Origin: Psilocybe cubensis
Taxonomy: Eukaryota
Direction of reading: 5' to 3'
Assembly: GCA_017499595.2 (NCBI GenBank)
Contig: CM038998.1
Span: 4,092,001 to 4,156,000, forward strand
DNA length: 64,000 nucleotides
Shown: one piece after another, positions 35,753 through 49,587 of the stretch
How the letters are laid out: every line of letters starts with the position of its first letter
Numbering within the stretch: position 1 is the stretch's first letter
The notes under the pieces: model-generated
The model's database searches: none
What the model was told of the DNA's origin: nothing
What the model saw: only the letters and a program-made list of their open reading frames with translations
Position numbers and translations under genes: made by a program

Positions 35753-38700
35753 CTGCTTTCTTACCAGTATAAATACACCTAGTTCTATTATGTAGCTTTA
35801 GATAATGACTCGTTGATTCATTTGACTCCTACGTATAGGTATCAACCATAAAGTAGGGGTACTTAACTTAATTTAATGCTAACAAAAACCAATCAAAATC
35901 TAGACATCGTATCAACAGTTAAGTAGAATAAAATGATCAAATTAGCATTTCCAGATCTTCGGGTTTTTGAATCCCAGCAGATTCGGTGTGACTCGGTATA
36001 TATCATAGCTGTATTGAAGGTGTTCAGGGGTCAGACTATAAATAGCGCAAGGTTCTCTTCAGCCCAGAAGCACCAAGCTTTCTTTACATTTGGGTAGCTT
36101 TGCGCGCACGAGACATGAATTTAGACGCTCGAAGTCGATAATAGATGAGATTTATCAGTTAATAATTGCAGCAGTCTCATTCAATACAGACCGAGGATTA
36201 AGTGCTGAAGACGATCAACGTGCTTTAATTCAATCCATTGTCATTAGGTGCCTTACCTTGGTCGTAAGTCCACTGGGGATAACAGTCGTTGAGGCACTCA
36301 GCAACTCTACATGTAGATACAGAAATCCCTATCTTTTGACTCGTGGGTGGGATAGGATAACGATTTAGCCTTGAGGCCCGTGGCCCGTGGTATAAATTCG
36401 GGATGCGATCAACAATGAGCTCTACGATTTCTCACCAGGCTGAGAACTTCCTCGTGCTGCACATTGCTCTTCGATTCAGTTCCGTGCTTATGACAAGTGA
36501 TGATCATGGTTCTGTTCATTTGAAATAAAGCCCCATTGGTACTTGTAAAGGTTGCCTTGTGGAGTACAAACTCAACGTCGGAGATCGAACTACCGCAATT
36601 TCACCGTGGGACATGTACACACGGAGGTGACTGGGCTCTCAGACTAGATGGCAGCTATTGGAATGATAAAAAGGGAACCAATTTAATTTTGTCTCTTTGT
36701 CAAAAATGTACAAAATTACTCGCGTCCTTATCCAGATCGTACAGTCGAGAATATTGAATTACAGGACCTGAATACCTTTCATATGTAGAGACGTAGGCTC
36801 ATGTATCCTCCCGGCGAGATACAAATCAATATTTAGAGGCGGATGAACCTTAGATTTACCGACGAGGATGCGTTTGATCCCCACCAAGCCTATGGATCCT
36901 TAAGTTGGTCTCCAGCCTCGGACAACACAGAATGGGCTAGATAAGACTTTAATTAGAGTGTGTATTGTTGGGATTTGTATACCCTCACCCAAAAATACCA
37001 GTTTACAAACAAGCAACGGTAAAGTCGGACTTCGGTATTCTACATTTTTACTTGTGATTACTTTTTCATTAGAATGAATGAAAACTATCACATTTTGGGT
37101 AGTGCCTGGCAAAGTCTTTTTATTGTGTATGTCAGAAGTCCAAGATACTTCAAAATGTATTGATCGTTATATTATCATTTGATATGCTTGGAAAATTAGT
37201 GAAGCCATCTTTGGTAGAAAGATGTATCGTAGTCACAACAGATCAGATAGTTTGAATCCTTTGCATTTGATACTTAACCGTAGAATCTAGATAGCAGTTT
37301 CACAGAATGCACTGTAAGTAGTAGAAATGATACTAACAACATTCGCCTTAAGGGTAGAATTCATCAAAATTTTTGGGATATTCAACTGGTTCGCAAGGAT
37401 CCCTTGAATGTGGAAGTAATTAGTATTATCGTTGAGTTTTAATATGACGCAACGTACAATATGGATATTTTTTATTCTAGGCTTACCACTCAATATTACT
37501 ACGATATGATTCGAAGCTCAGAACAGTAGTTAATAGTATACTAGACTTGGGTTGCTAACCTACTGGCGGAGGAACTTACAGCCAGTCCTGTATCATCGGA
37601 CAGGCGTAAGAAGACATATGCGCATTATATATCGAAAGACAGAGAAGATCTTCAATGCATTATATGTCAGGAAGGTAGAATCGAAGCGCGAGATTTAAGT
37701 TTATAAAGTTCGACCCAGTAGAACATTGCCGACCTGCCAGGGAACGACCAGTGTATTTTTAAAACGTGCGAACTAATTTCCAAGCATAGCCCTCACATGA
37801 CGAACCCCAATCACCATTTCTTTCCTACCATCATCACGGTTTCTCGTGGAATTGTTGATTCTCAGTATTCCAGCTGCCGTATTCGATCTAGTTTTCAAGC
37901 GCTTTCAGTTTTTTAGACGACGAGAAAACCTGCTGGTATACATCAACCTCCGTTTGGGAACCGTGGTACATATCAGAGGGTCAGACACCTTTCGCCTTGG
38001 CGCAACCGACATATTCTAGGATATCTCCCAAGTATGGTCCATACACAATTAGAACATGCAATCTGCTCCTTCATTCCCATCACTTGACATCGGATTCCTT
38101 CTCCGACTCAACAGTACACTCCAGCTACCATAGGATTCAGACGACTCCGCCCTAGCGCCACAGTTACGGACAAGTCTGTGTTCGAGGTTGGGAAAATTTA
38201 AGTATGGTGCATGGTGAGTTTTCTTTTCTCGTCAGAATACATGCAACTTAACTGGTATACCACTATTCATCTATGCCGTATGGTAAGTTATTAATGTAAC
38301 GGATCCATCTGGTCCCATACACCTTGACTGGCATCCCGAAGGAGTCTTGATATACACATGAAATTGACACGGCGTAAACCATATGGTAAACGCAATTACT
38401 GCGCAATGGCATAGTTCAATGACAAGTCAGGATGGTACGGCGGGCTCCACCGGTCTCGACGGCATGGTTTCTCTGTTCCTGTATTTTTGTAACTGAAGTG
38501 GATAAGGCGGTCAATTTCTATATGCGCAGAAACTGATATACGATATGCATCATGTTTGCTCTCAGAAAGACGTTGATGGTTTGCCATTGTGGTCACACCA
38601 TTAAGGAACCTATCTCTAGGCAGGCTATCTCACGAATTGGATGATGCCACGGGTTGTGACACGGGAGCGGATTTTGACATCCTATTCCACTCGCCAATGG

Positions 38701-39261
38701 TGCGCTTAAAGTTTTTGTATACTTCGATATGCATTGACTCTACGAAGTAAGTCGATACAATGTCAAATATCTCAACAAGAAGCGATGCAAGGAAAAAGAA
38801 GATTCGAACTTCTCCGACATCCAGTCGGCGACGCGGAATGGATTGTAACCTTTGCCGAGTAAAGAGGCGTGAGTAAATGACTTAAAATATCTAAACTGTG
38901 AACAAGTACTGACTTGTCATGTGCGATGAGAAGAACATAACCCATATATCAAGACCATACTTAGATCGGGTGTCACTGGTGGCGGCGGAAGTTCTTTTAC
39001 ATGTGAGATCTACACCTTCGATACACCACCAATGACTGGCGCTGTCGCGCTGGGAAAATAACCGTGTGTCGATTTGGTCAACCTCGAGCGTATCTTCCGG
39101 TTTTCAATTTAGCACTTAGCATGTGCTGCTTGGACGTCTTATCGCAAAACCGCATTTAGAACTCCACATGCATAGGTCATTCATGTGAAGGATATAAGCC
39201 ACCCTCCTTCCTGGCAGGTCTCCCTGATTCCCTTGTGCGGATTCACTCCCAGAACTTTGCG

Positions 39262-42200
39262 ATGGCTGATCAAGCACCGCAATATTCCACTGCTGAGGAG
39301 AGAGCCTTCGACGTCGAAAAGGCAGAGAGCCCTGAGGAGAAGGTTCTTGATGGTAAAGTCCTTCCATTGTAACTACTACTCTTGACTGTTTTGCTCATTA
39401 CTTTACAGACCTTGCGATAGCAGTATGTCTTTCTCGCCAGCATTCAGTGTCTTACATGAACACTTACGATTATATGCTCTATACTAGGAACTCGCTGGCG
39501 CCCAATTCGACGACCCGAACTTGGACAAGGAAAACATCGTTGCATTCGACGATGAGAGTCCTTATCCCGAAGTCAGGTCTGCCGTCGCCAACACGGATGA
39601 TCCTACCATGCCCGTGACGACCTTGCGAACCTGGGTCATCGGTATCGCATGGGCGATCCTCATTCCTGGATTGAACCAATTCTTCTTTTTCCGATTCCCT
39701 TCGGTCAGCATTGGTGGCATAGTGGCCCAGCTTTTGTCGTTCCCCGTAGGTCGGGCCGCTGCTGCCTGGTTGCCTAACTGGCATATCTTCGGCATTGCCA
39801 TTAATCCGGGTCCCTTCACCGTGAAAGAGCACGTTCTCATTACTGTAAGAAAGACATTCTGATGTATTATACCATTTCTCACGATATTTGTAGATCATGG
39901 TTTGTTTTTGTCTCCATGAATTCAGCACAATTTCATCTTATCGAATGAGATAGGCAACTGTCGGTGCTGGATCTGCTTATGCTACAGATATCATTGCCGT
40001 GCAAAGGGTGTACTACAATCAGATATACAACTTCAGCTGTGAGCCCTGAATATGGCCGTTGTATTTCATTAGCTAACCTAGTCTACAGACCAGTGGTTTG
40101 TTGTTATGTCAACCCAGCTTATTGGCTTTTCTATTGGTGGAGTTGCTCGGCGCTTCCTCGTCTCTCCACCTTCCATGATTTGGCCGGCAAACTTGGTTAA
40201 CTGCGCCCTCTTCAATACCCTTCATTCTCAACAATATGCAGGTATTGGTACTCGCGGAGGTATCAGCCGTGAGAGGTTCTTCGTATATGGATTCCTTGCT
40301 TCATTCGTCTGGTGTGAGTAATCTTGCCCGTTTTCAATTGATAGACCAATCTGATCTCATGATCCATAGATTTCTTCCCCGGATATCTCTGTAAGTTGAA
40401 CTAAAAACAGCGTAGTACTCATTGACTGACGTGGACCGATTCAGTCCAAGCCCTGTCGTACTTCTCTTGGGTGACGTGGATCGCCCCAGAAAACACCAGT
40501 TTGTAACCATTTATTGTTCTCAAAACATCTTCTAATATCTATCATTTTAGAGATCGCTGGGCTCTTCGGGTGGGTTTTCTTTTATAACTAATCATTATTC
40601 ATCACTTACATCATGTCCCTCTGTTAGATATGTTCATGGAATGGTTAGCCTTTGGCATGGTTCTGGATATAGAGGAACAGGCGCTAACCGGGTATATTAC
40701 AGGGAATGTCGGTTATCACTTTTGATTGGAGTCAAATCGCGTATGTCTTTTTGATGCTGATGCCTATCATTCATCCTCTTAAAGCAACACAATAGCTATA
40801 TTGGGTCTCCTCTTGCTACACCATGTACGTTCGTAAAGTATTACTAACCTCCACAAGACTAAAGAGATTACAGGGTGGGCAGAAGCAAACATCTTCGCCG
40901 GATTTGTTTTCTTCTTCTGGTTCCTTACACCGGTTCTCCACGTACGCATCTTATTTCTAGCTGGAACTGGCACTGAAAATATATTAGTACACCAACACGT
41001 GGTTCGGTGAATTCATGCCGTAAGTCTTGAAAATCTACTCCAATGCGGTGCAATGAGCTGAACCTGTTCAATAGTATATCTTCACGAACATCTTACGACA
41101 ATGAAATGAAATCTTACAATGTCACACGCATTCTCACTGCTGACTCAACCTTCGACATTGAAGCTTATCATCAGTACAGCCCTCTCTTCCTCTCGTAAGT
41201 TTTCAGACATGCCATATATAATCGTTACTCACAACATAAACACAGGACTACGTTTGCGATCTCCTATGGGTACTTTCATTAGCATCTAACGATTTTTTCA
41301 CTTCGAACTCATATTTGTTCAGGCTATCATTTGCTTCTATTACAGGCGAGTATATCGACCGTTACTTGCTACTAAATAACTCATAGAATTATAACAGCTA
41401 CGCTCATGCACGCCTTCCTCTACTTCCGCAAGCAAATTTGGGTCCAGGCACGTCGCTCGTTACACGAACAGCCCGATATTCATGCCCGACTCATGTCGAA
41501 ATACGAACAAGGTATTTCAAAATTCGACCATCATGTGGAGTTTTTTCACTAATCCGTTTTTTAGTTCCTGAATGGTGGTATCTGACTATTTTCCTGAGCA
41601 TGTTCACACTTGGTATCATCAGTATTGAGGTCTGGCCCACGTAAGCAAATATGGATTTTCCAATTCTCAGTTTAACTTATATTCTTTCTTCAGTGAGATG
41701 CCCGTCTGGGCCTTCGTTCTTGCCCTTCTCATCTGTGAGTCCAATTTGTATTACCCGTGGTCGTGAACGGCGTCAGTTTATATTTGTTGTCTAGCTTTCA
41801 CCTATGTCATCCCGATTGGAATGATCCAGGCCATCACTAACCAACAAGTCGGCCTCAAGTATGTATTGACCGTTGCATTATTGGACCAACAGTACTAACC
41901 ATCTTCCGCAGCGTCATTACCGAACTCATCATTGGGTACGCTTCTACGTATTAAATATTGCAGACGACCTAATCACATACTTTAGTTATGCACTTCCTGG
42001 ACGCCCAATTGCTATGATGATGTTCAAGACCTGGGGTTACATTGTAAGGAATTTTCTGCCTTGTGTTTTCAATACACCTGACAATTGGAAATAGACCATG
42101 GCTCAGGCTTTGACATTCACCTCTGACTTTAAACTGGGCCACTACATGAAAGGTAAAGCCATCTTAATTCTTGTTTATAACTAGCAGAAGTTATTCATCC

Positions 42201-43489
42201 AAAACACTTGTACAGTGCCACCCAAACCCATGTTCTGGAGTCAGGTCGTTGCTACCGTAATCGCTGGAACTGTTCAGCTCGGCGTTCAAGCATGGATGTT
42301 CACCAACATTCCGTAAGATATTGCTCCTAATTGTTATTCAACACAGCAATTTATCATCTTCACATAGCAACATGTGCGACCCACATCAGAAAGATGGGTA
42401 TGTCGTTTTGTTAATTTTGAAGCATGTCGGGACTGATCGATGCACGAAGATTCATTTGCCCGAGTACCGAAGTCTTTGGAACAGCCAGTATTATCGTAAG
42501 CATTTGAACTTCACGTAATTCGCAACACCATTGGCTGACGATCACATCAGTGGGGAGTCATCGGACCAGCGCTTCAATTCTCCAAGGGACAGACCTACTA
42601 CCCGCTTGTCTTCTTCTTCTTGATTGGTGCCGTCGCACCAGTCATCCCATGGCTCATCAGCAAGCGCTATCCCAACAGTATCTTTAAGTACATTAAGTAC
42701 GTCCATTTTCTTATATTTGTTACAAGAATAGACCATTTATTAACGTCTTTATCACAACAGCATGTAAGCGAATAATTACCAAAGTAACGTTTGATTCCAT
42801 GCATCTAATGTTAATACTAGGCCCGTTATCTTCAACGGAACTGGCCTCATCCCCCCAGCTACTGCTATTAATTACGTTCCCTGGGCGTAAGTGCTTTCCT
42901 CTCACGTAAATTTGACAATGTCTTAAGTGCAACTCAACAGTGGCGTCGGATTCATCTTCCAATATGTTATCAGAAGGTGCGGTTTTTCTACTTCCAATCG
43001 AAAAGTTCCTAATTTCTCCATTAAGACGTCATTTCTCATGGTGGACAAAGTACAACTGTACGTTGGTTTACCTCCGATATGCATACCTTTCTTATAATAT
43101 CGCTTTAGACGTACTTTCTGCTGCCTTGGACTCTGGAGTGGCCGTATCCATCCTTGTCATTTTCTTCTGTCTCCAATTCCCTCAGAATGGTTCGGTAAGT
43201 AGCATTTAGAGCGCTCAAGATCGTGCATAGTGAGACTCACGACACCGTAGATCGGATCAACCAACATCGCTACTTGGTGGGGGTATGTATAGATTATCCT
43301 CATTCAACACATCAAGTACTGAAGGCGTTGTTTTTTTTTGTATAGTAACACTGTACCATTCGTCGGCGCAGACAATGATGGAACTCCAGTGCGTTCACTC
43401 GCACCTGGTGAGAAATTTGGGTAAATATCAATTTCCCTAATAACGTGTTTGCCACGCTGACAATACCACACAGCCCTACTCACTGGTAA
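39262..43489 (+). CDS. OPT-family oligopeptide transporter (Isp4/OPT-like), very intron-rich
   Basis: SPYPEVRSAVANTDDP, NPGPFTVKEH, MIWPANL, PEWWY, PGRPIAMMMFKTWGYI, SDFKLGHYMK, WGVIGP, YN..LSAALDSG. TATA-like element at about 39192. Confidence 0.92.
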
Positions 43490-44333
43490 GGTCTACAAGG
43501 AGACCTATTCTCAAATTTGCGACGCCCTTTTATTACATCGATGCGACACCTTTGTATATTGTAAATTAGTTCAATTATGTGATTTATCCCAGGTGAACGA
43601 TCAATTGCTCCGGAGATATCGTCTATTTTGCATACCATCGAGGTTACTTGAGCTTGGAGTAAAGCGGTTGGAGGCATACGTGATTTAGCTAACGATGCAA
43701 CTCCGACGTCATCTTTCATATGTTTTCTAGTAAGGACGTAGTTCATGGGCTTTGTAATATCCTTCGGCCAAGAAATCGGCAACAACTCAAATCACCGAGA
43801 AATTTCCGGGCGTTCAAGCTGCGCAAAGCATGTTCCAAGCTGTACTTTATTTTTATTATTTATTAGAGGATTTGATGGATCGTCAAGGAAGATAGATTCA
43901 GAAAATGTCCTTCCTCAGCACTTTGATTGTGCACATGGGTGTTAACGGAACTCCCTATTTGGCCCAGCAAAATCAAAAAAATTGTGGATTAACTTGGGAC
44001 GCGTTGTGTCACAGTACTCTCTCAAGGCGCTTGTAGTTTTCAAGATTATGAGTGGGTCATCAATCAAGTGATCCTCTTGACAACTTCTTTTGACCCTTTG
44101 GAGATTTTTACGTTTACTATACGGTAAATGTGCCTGTCTCATTGGCTATATCCCGTCCCATAGTGCACCCTGTGTACTCGTATATATCCGAGAATTTCCC
44201 CGTAATCTCATGTCGAGCTTGGGTCGAGCGACCTGCGATGGCATAAAAGGCTGCCATTCCTCAGACGTTTTACTTTGACTCTACTGTCTAGTGTCATTTG
44301 GTCGGCTGCCTTCCAACTTTTCCAGTAGCTGTG

Positions 44334-45670
44334 ATGCAGTATCTACGAGTTCTAGCTTGCGCTTTGGCGCTCGCGCCTTCTGTTGTGTTCTCGGCACCTT
44401 CGGCATCCAATTCTCAAGTTAATCCATACATTGGAAAGGAAGCTTACGCCAATAAGGAATACGCCAGGAAATTGGAGGAAACGATCCAGTATTTCAACCA
44501 GCGATACGACTACTATAATGCGGCGAAGACGAAGACAGTACAGAAAATCCCCACCTTCGCTTGGATATCAGCTTCCTCTGATGTAAGTTCTTGATATTTT
44601 ACTTACTTGTGAAATATATCTAATGCTGATATCTGTTCTGTGTCGCGATTCTAGATATCCAAAATAAAGGGTCTTGTCGACGAAACACTCGCCGCACAAG
44701 CAGCAACAAATAAGCAGCAGATCCTTCAGCTCGTAATTTATAACTTACCTGATCGCGACTGCTCTGCCAAGGCTTCCGACGGAGAGTTTCAACTAGATCA
44801 GGATGGCCTGAACAAGTACAAAAATTACATTGACAGTACGCAGTCTTCGTTATTTTCTCAACCTCATATTTGAATTAATATATTACCGTAGCTATTGCAA
44901 GAGAGCTGGACACTCCCGAAGCCAAAAAGCTCAAATTTGTCGTCATTCTCGAACCTGATTCGCTCGGAAACGCTGTTACCAACTTGAATGTTCCTAAGTG
45001 CGCCAAAGCCGCTCCTGCCTACAAGGAGGGTATCTCTTACGCCATTGCAAAGCTCCAGCATCCTAACCTCTCCATCTACGTCGACGCTGCTAATGGAGGT
45101 TGGCTCGGCTGGGACGACAATCTCTCGCCCACCGCCGTCATACTCGCCGAAGTTCTCCAAGGGGCCCAAGCCATTACCCCTGGAGCCACTGTTCGAGGTG
45201 TAGCCATAAACGTCTCCAACTACAACCAATACGTTTCCCTTGTCCGCGAAAACTTCACAGAGTTGTCAAACAGCTGGGACGAGAGCCACTACGTCGCCTC
45301 ACTGACACCCCACCTCCAACGCGAAGGATTCCCTGCCCACTTCATTGTCGACCAGAGCAGGGCGGGCAAAGGCGGCATTCGTACCGAATGGGGCCAGTGG
45401 TGCAATGTCAGGAACGCAGGATTCGGCATACGGCCTACAACGGACCAGGGAATCTTGAAGAACTCGAATGTCGATGCCATTGTATGGATTAAACCTGGAG
45501 GCGAGTCGGATGGTACGTCTGACCGTAACGCTGCTCGCTTCGACGAGACGTGCGCGAGCCCAGTTGCACATGTACCTGCACCGGAAGCTGGATCGTGGTT
45601 CAACGAGTACGTTATAAATTTAGTTAAGGAAGCAGATCCTGAGCTAGAGGCGACGTGGTCATGGCCTTGA
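44334..45670 (+). CDS. cel6: GH6 cellobiohydrolase/endoglucanase without CBM1 (copy A)
   Basis: Signal peptide, then NPYIG, YNLPDRDCSAKASDGE, ILEPDSLGN, GWLGW, FIVDQSR, WGQWCN, WIKPGGESDG, APEAGSWF. 3 exons. Confidence 0.93.
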
Positions 45671-46604
45671 ATCGGAAAACATTTCAAACTACAAGTAGTT
45701 CCGCTTTTTCTTAGAAAACTTAAGCGCCGTATGATTGTGGAATAGCAAATACACATCCCGAGTAGCAACCATCATTCTATTACCTATCAACATATTTAAT
45801 GGATAGATCCTTGCTTGTAGAGACCAAGAAATTGGATTTTGTATGCCATGATAGATCTTGAACTGTTGAATGGGCCCTGTGATTCATGCGCTCGGCGCTT
45901 AGAGCTAGATGTGGTTGATAGGCGCCGGTAATTCGGGGAAACTGTAGTGTATAAATAGCATTTTTTTCTCACAGACGCTACAGCCAGCCTTTAATGAAAA
46001 GCCACAAAACTTCGGTGTTTTGTTCCTCTCCTTTGATGATGGCGACATAGATTATATAGTTGGATGACATGTGTGAGAAACACCCTCAAATTGTCCATAA
46101 AGCGTGCCTACCCATGGTTGTTTGTTTTTTCAACCGGAATCCAATGCGCGTGTTGTTATGAAAGCTTCACATCATATCGAAGTCTGTCTAAGAGAGACTA
46201 GCGTGTTGTTGCAGTGTTTGCAACCTTGCAAGTTCGGATCGGGCACTCTCGCCTACTACAGTACATCAACCCATGATCGATGCGTACGCAAATGCAGTCT
46301 CTCACTTACCATTGTACTTGATAACTTTTACCTGGTCAAAGCAGTTAGCATGGTCTAGCACTTCATAGTTTACGCAAGTGGATAAAAAAAAGAGTTAGTA
46401 AAGAGAAACAGATGATGACGTCTGAATAATCACGTGCATATTGACAACAGACTTGTTTGTCGTTATTTACGGCCACCAATAAGCCAATTGCACCGCAGAT
46501 GTAAACCTGCCTTAAACCTGCCAGCTAATGTGACAAGTTCTGGTGCTCGGATTTTTTCGACAAGCTCTGGTGCTCCAGGGACCCTTTTAATTGTTTTTTT
46601 GATC

Positions 46605-47432
46605 ATGAATCTCACAGAAAGCCAAGTTTTGCATCTTCCACCCCTTATAGACGGAGATGATGTGTCTACAGCACTTGAAACCCTTGTCCAAATCACTCAG
46701 GCCTTGGATATTCCAGATGCATCATTTGCTCAGTACGCATTCATTTTTATCCTATGCACTATAAACACGCATCATTCCAGTTATTCGTCCACGATCGATG
46801 CTTTACATGCGGAAAGACACGCCCTCATGCGCTCATTACTCAGATTGCAGGGAGTAGAAGATGCACTGAAAGATTATCTTGCTTCGCTCAAACTCGAACT
46901 CAATTTGATAAAGCGGTGTGTCGACATATTAGATCTCCCCTTCAAAATCACTCAAAACACCTAGCTGGAACGGGATTCTCACTTCTGGATCTCCTGACAG
47001 CATATACCAAGACACGACGGCAACTTTAGAGAAGCGAAAGGAGGCTTTGGTCAAAAAATCGAAAGAACATTATCGGGAATTGGAATCTTTGCAGGTCAGT
47101 CAGAGGTACCGGATCTAGAAGTTAACCAATTATGTCCATCACAGGCCGAGGTCCCACTCAGCATACCTATTTCCATTAACAAATTGCTCACACAAAAAGA
47201 GAAGAATCAACTTAAAGAGCGTGAAATCAGAGAAAAACGAGCGAGGATCAAAGCATTTCAAGGTCTCCCTCCTGTACGTCAGGTCAATATGGTGGCCAAT
47301 GTTCCAATGTCTCAATAATTATAGAACCTCGAGTTGGCGCGGCATGAATTAAAGCAAGCCCGTCGGCGACAGACTGAATTGACGCAACTTCGAGAACGGC
47401 TACTAGCTAAAATGGCAGATGGATTGGCGTAG
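46605..47432 (+). CDS. HAUS1: Coiled-coil protein, HAUS augmin subunit 1-like
   Basis: Spliced ~210 aa coiled coil ending AFQGLPP|NLELARHELKQARRRQTELTQLRERLL, resembling the HAUS1 C-terminal LPPN..LA motif. Confidence 0.6.
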
Positions 47433-48057
47433 CGCAGACTCTTGCCAAGAGATCAGAAATACACCGAAAAGTCTCCAGATTCATGCTAGTGACAATGCCT
47501 CCTTTCCAAAAGTCTTTGCATCGACGCAACTTCGGGTCGGCAAAGCAAACTCCAAGCATTGCAATGTACGGTCTGACGTCACGACGGATGACTTGAACGC
47601 TTTCCATTTGGTGGCTTTGAACGCGGTCAAAAAAATGCTTTACTCCAAGTGACCAGTCATTTCAGTCACGAAATGCGGACTGTACCAATATTTCGTACTT
47701 TCAGTCCGGAGAAATGGTGTGTTGACCAAGGCGCTTGCAATCGGATGCTTTTTGAGATCAAAATCGCTCAAGAGTCAAGTGCTTCTCTTGACGACAGCCT
47801 ATGGCCTTTTTAAGACTTTTTCTTGCGCTATATGTTGAACGGACCTACGCCATAGACTATATCCGACCATACAATGGCTCTCTGTGTGTGTCAGTATATG
47901 TCCGAGAATTACCCCACATTTCTGGGGTCGAGCTTGGGTCGACCACCCCGTAGATCTATAAAAGCGTGATCTGTGTCGTCTACTTTTTCCTTGTCCGGTG
48001 ACTCAGTATCGTCGCTTTGCCTTCGTCGACCAGCTTCCAGTCTCGCCAGGATCTGTC

Positions 48058-49402
48058 ATGCATTATCTACGAGCTCTGGCTTGCGCTTTGGCGCTCGCTC
48101 CCTCTGTTGTTTTCTCTGCGCCACCGGCCCCCCAGCCTCCCCAGCCTCCCCGCTCTGAAGTGAATCCGTACATAGGGAAGGAGGTTTACGCGAACAAGGG
48201 ATACGCAAAGAAGCTCGAAGAGACCATCCAGTACTTCAACCAGCGTTACGACTACTATAATGCAGCGAAGACGAAGACAGTCCAAAAAATTCCTACCTTT
48301 GCTTGGATATCATCGTCCGCGGATGTAAGTCTAGATATTTCATAAAATGCACACAGAACACTTCGAATTGTAACACGGTTTGGGATTAGATCTCCAACAT
48401 TAAGGGACTCGTCAAGGAGACTCTGAATGCTCAGGTGGCCACAAAGAAGAAGCAGATCCTACAGCTTGTGGTTTACAATTTGCCTGATCGTGACTGTTCC
48501 GCCAAGGCTTCTGACGGAGAATTCCATCTCGACGACGACGGTCTTAATAAGTACAAGAACTACATTGACAGTATGTGTTTTCTGCTCCGTCTTCCTCTTA
48601 TGTATTCTAAAATCTTGTCACAGCTATTGCGAGAGAACTGAACACTCCCGACGCCAAAAAGCTCAACTTTGTCGTCATTCTCGAACCTGATTCGCTCGGA
48701 AACGCTGTTACCAACTTGAATGTTCCTAAGTGCGCCAAAGCCGCTCCTGCCTACAAAGAGGGTATCTCGTACGCAATTGCGAAGCTCCAGCATCCTAATC
48801 TTTCTATCTACATCGACGCTGCTCATGGAGGATGGCTTGGTTGGGACGACAACCTCGCACCCACCGCCGCCTTGTTTGCCGAAGTTCTCCAGGGAGCCCA
48901 GGCTATCACCCCTGGAGCCACCGTTCGTGGCGTAGCCATCAACGTCTCGAACTATAACCAATACATCGCTCCTATCCGCGAGAACTTTACGGAATGGTCG
49001 AACAGCTGGGACGAGAGCCACTATGTCGAATCGCTGACCCCGCACCTCGAGCGGGCCGGTTTCCCCGCCCACTTCATCGTCGACCAAGGCAGGTCCGGCA
49101 AGGCTGGCGTCCGCACTGAGTGGGGCCAATGGTGCAACGTGAAATATGCAGGGTTCGGTACGCGCCCTACAGCAGACCAGGCTGTGCTGAAGAACCCACA
49201 TGTCGATGCTATTGTATGGGTGAAGCCTGGTGGCGAGTCGGATGGTACGTCGGACCGCAACGCTGCTCGCTTTGACGAGGTGTGCGCTGGACCAGTGGCA
49301 CATGTCCCTGCGCCTGAAGCTGGCGCGTGGTTTAATGAGTATGTAGTGAACTTGGTCAAGGAGGCCAATCCTGAGCTTCAAGCTACATGGTCGTGGCCTT
49401 GA
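48058..49402 (+). CDS. cel6: GH6 cellobiohydrolase/endoglucanase without CBM1 (copy B)
   Basis: Same motifs and intron positions as copy A; DAAHGGWLGW, DQGRSG, WVKPGGESDG. Confidence 0.93.
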
Positions 49403-49587
49403 GATTATGCGCAGACATACTTAGGGTAGTTAGTAAATTATGTGAAAAACAATTGTTTACTTGAACTTGTGTAAAATCAATCAGCTGTCTCTCCAGCGTC
49501 TTCCAGACGCCATAAAATTAGTTGATGAATTCAGAATCGAGCCAAATAATCGTCATAAAAGCAAGTATTCAATTACGTATACAACCG

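Noticed and set aside
37560-38220. Possible decayed F-box/LRR-like gene on the minus strand (LNFPNLE fragment)
   Set aside because: Only a short motif with many stops; insufficient support.
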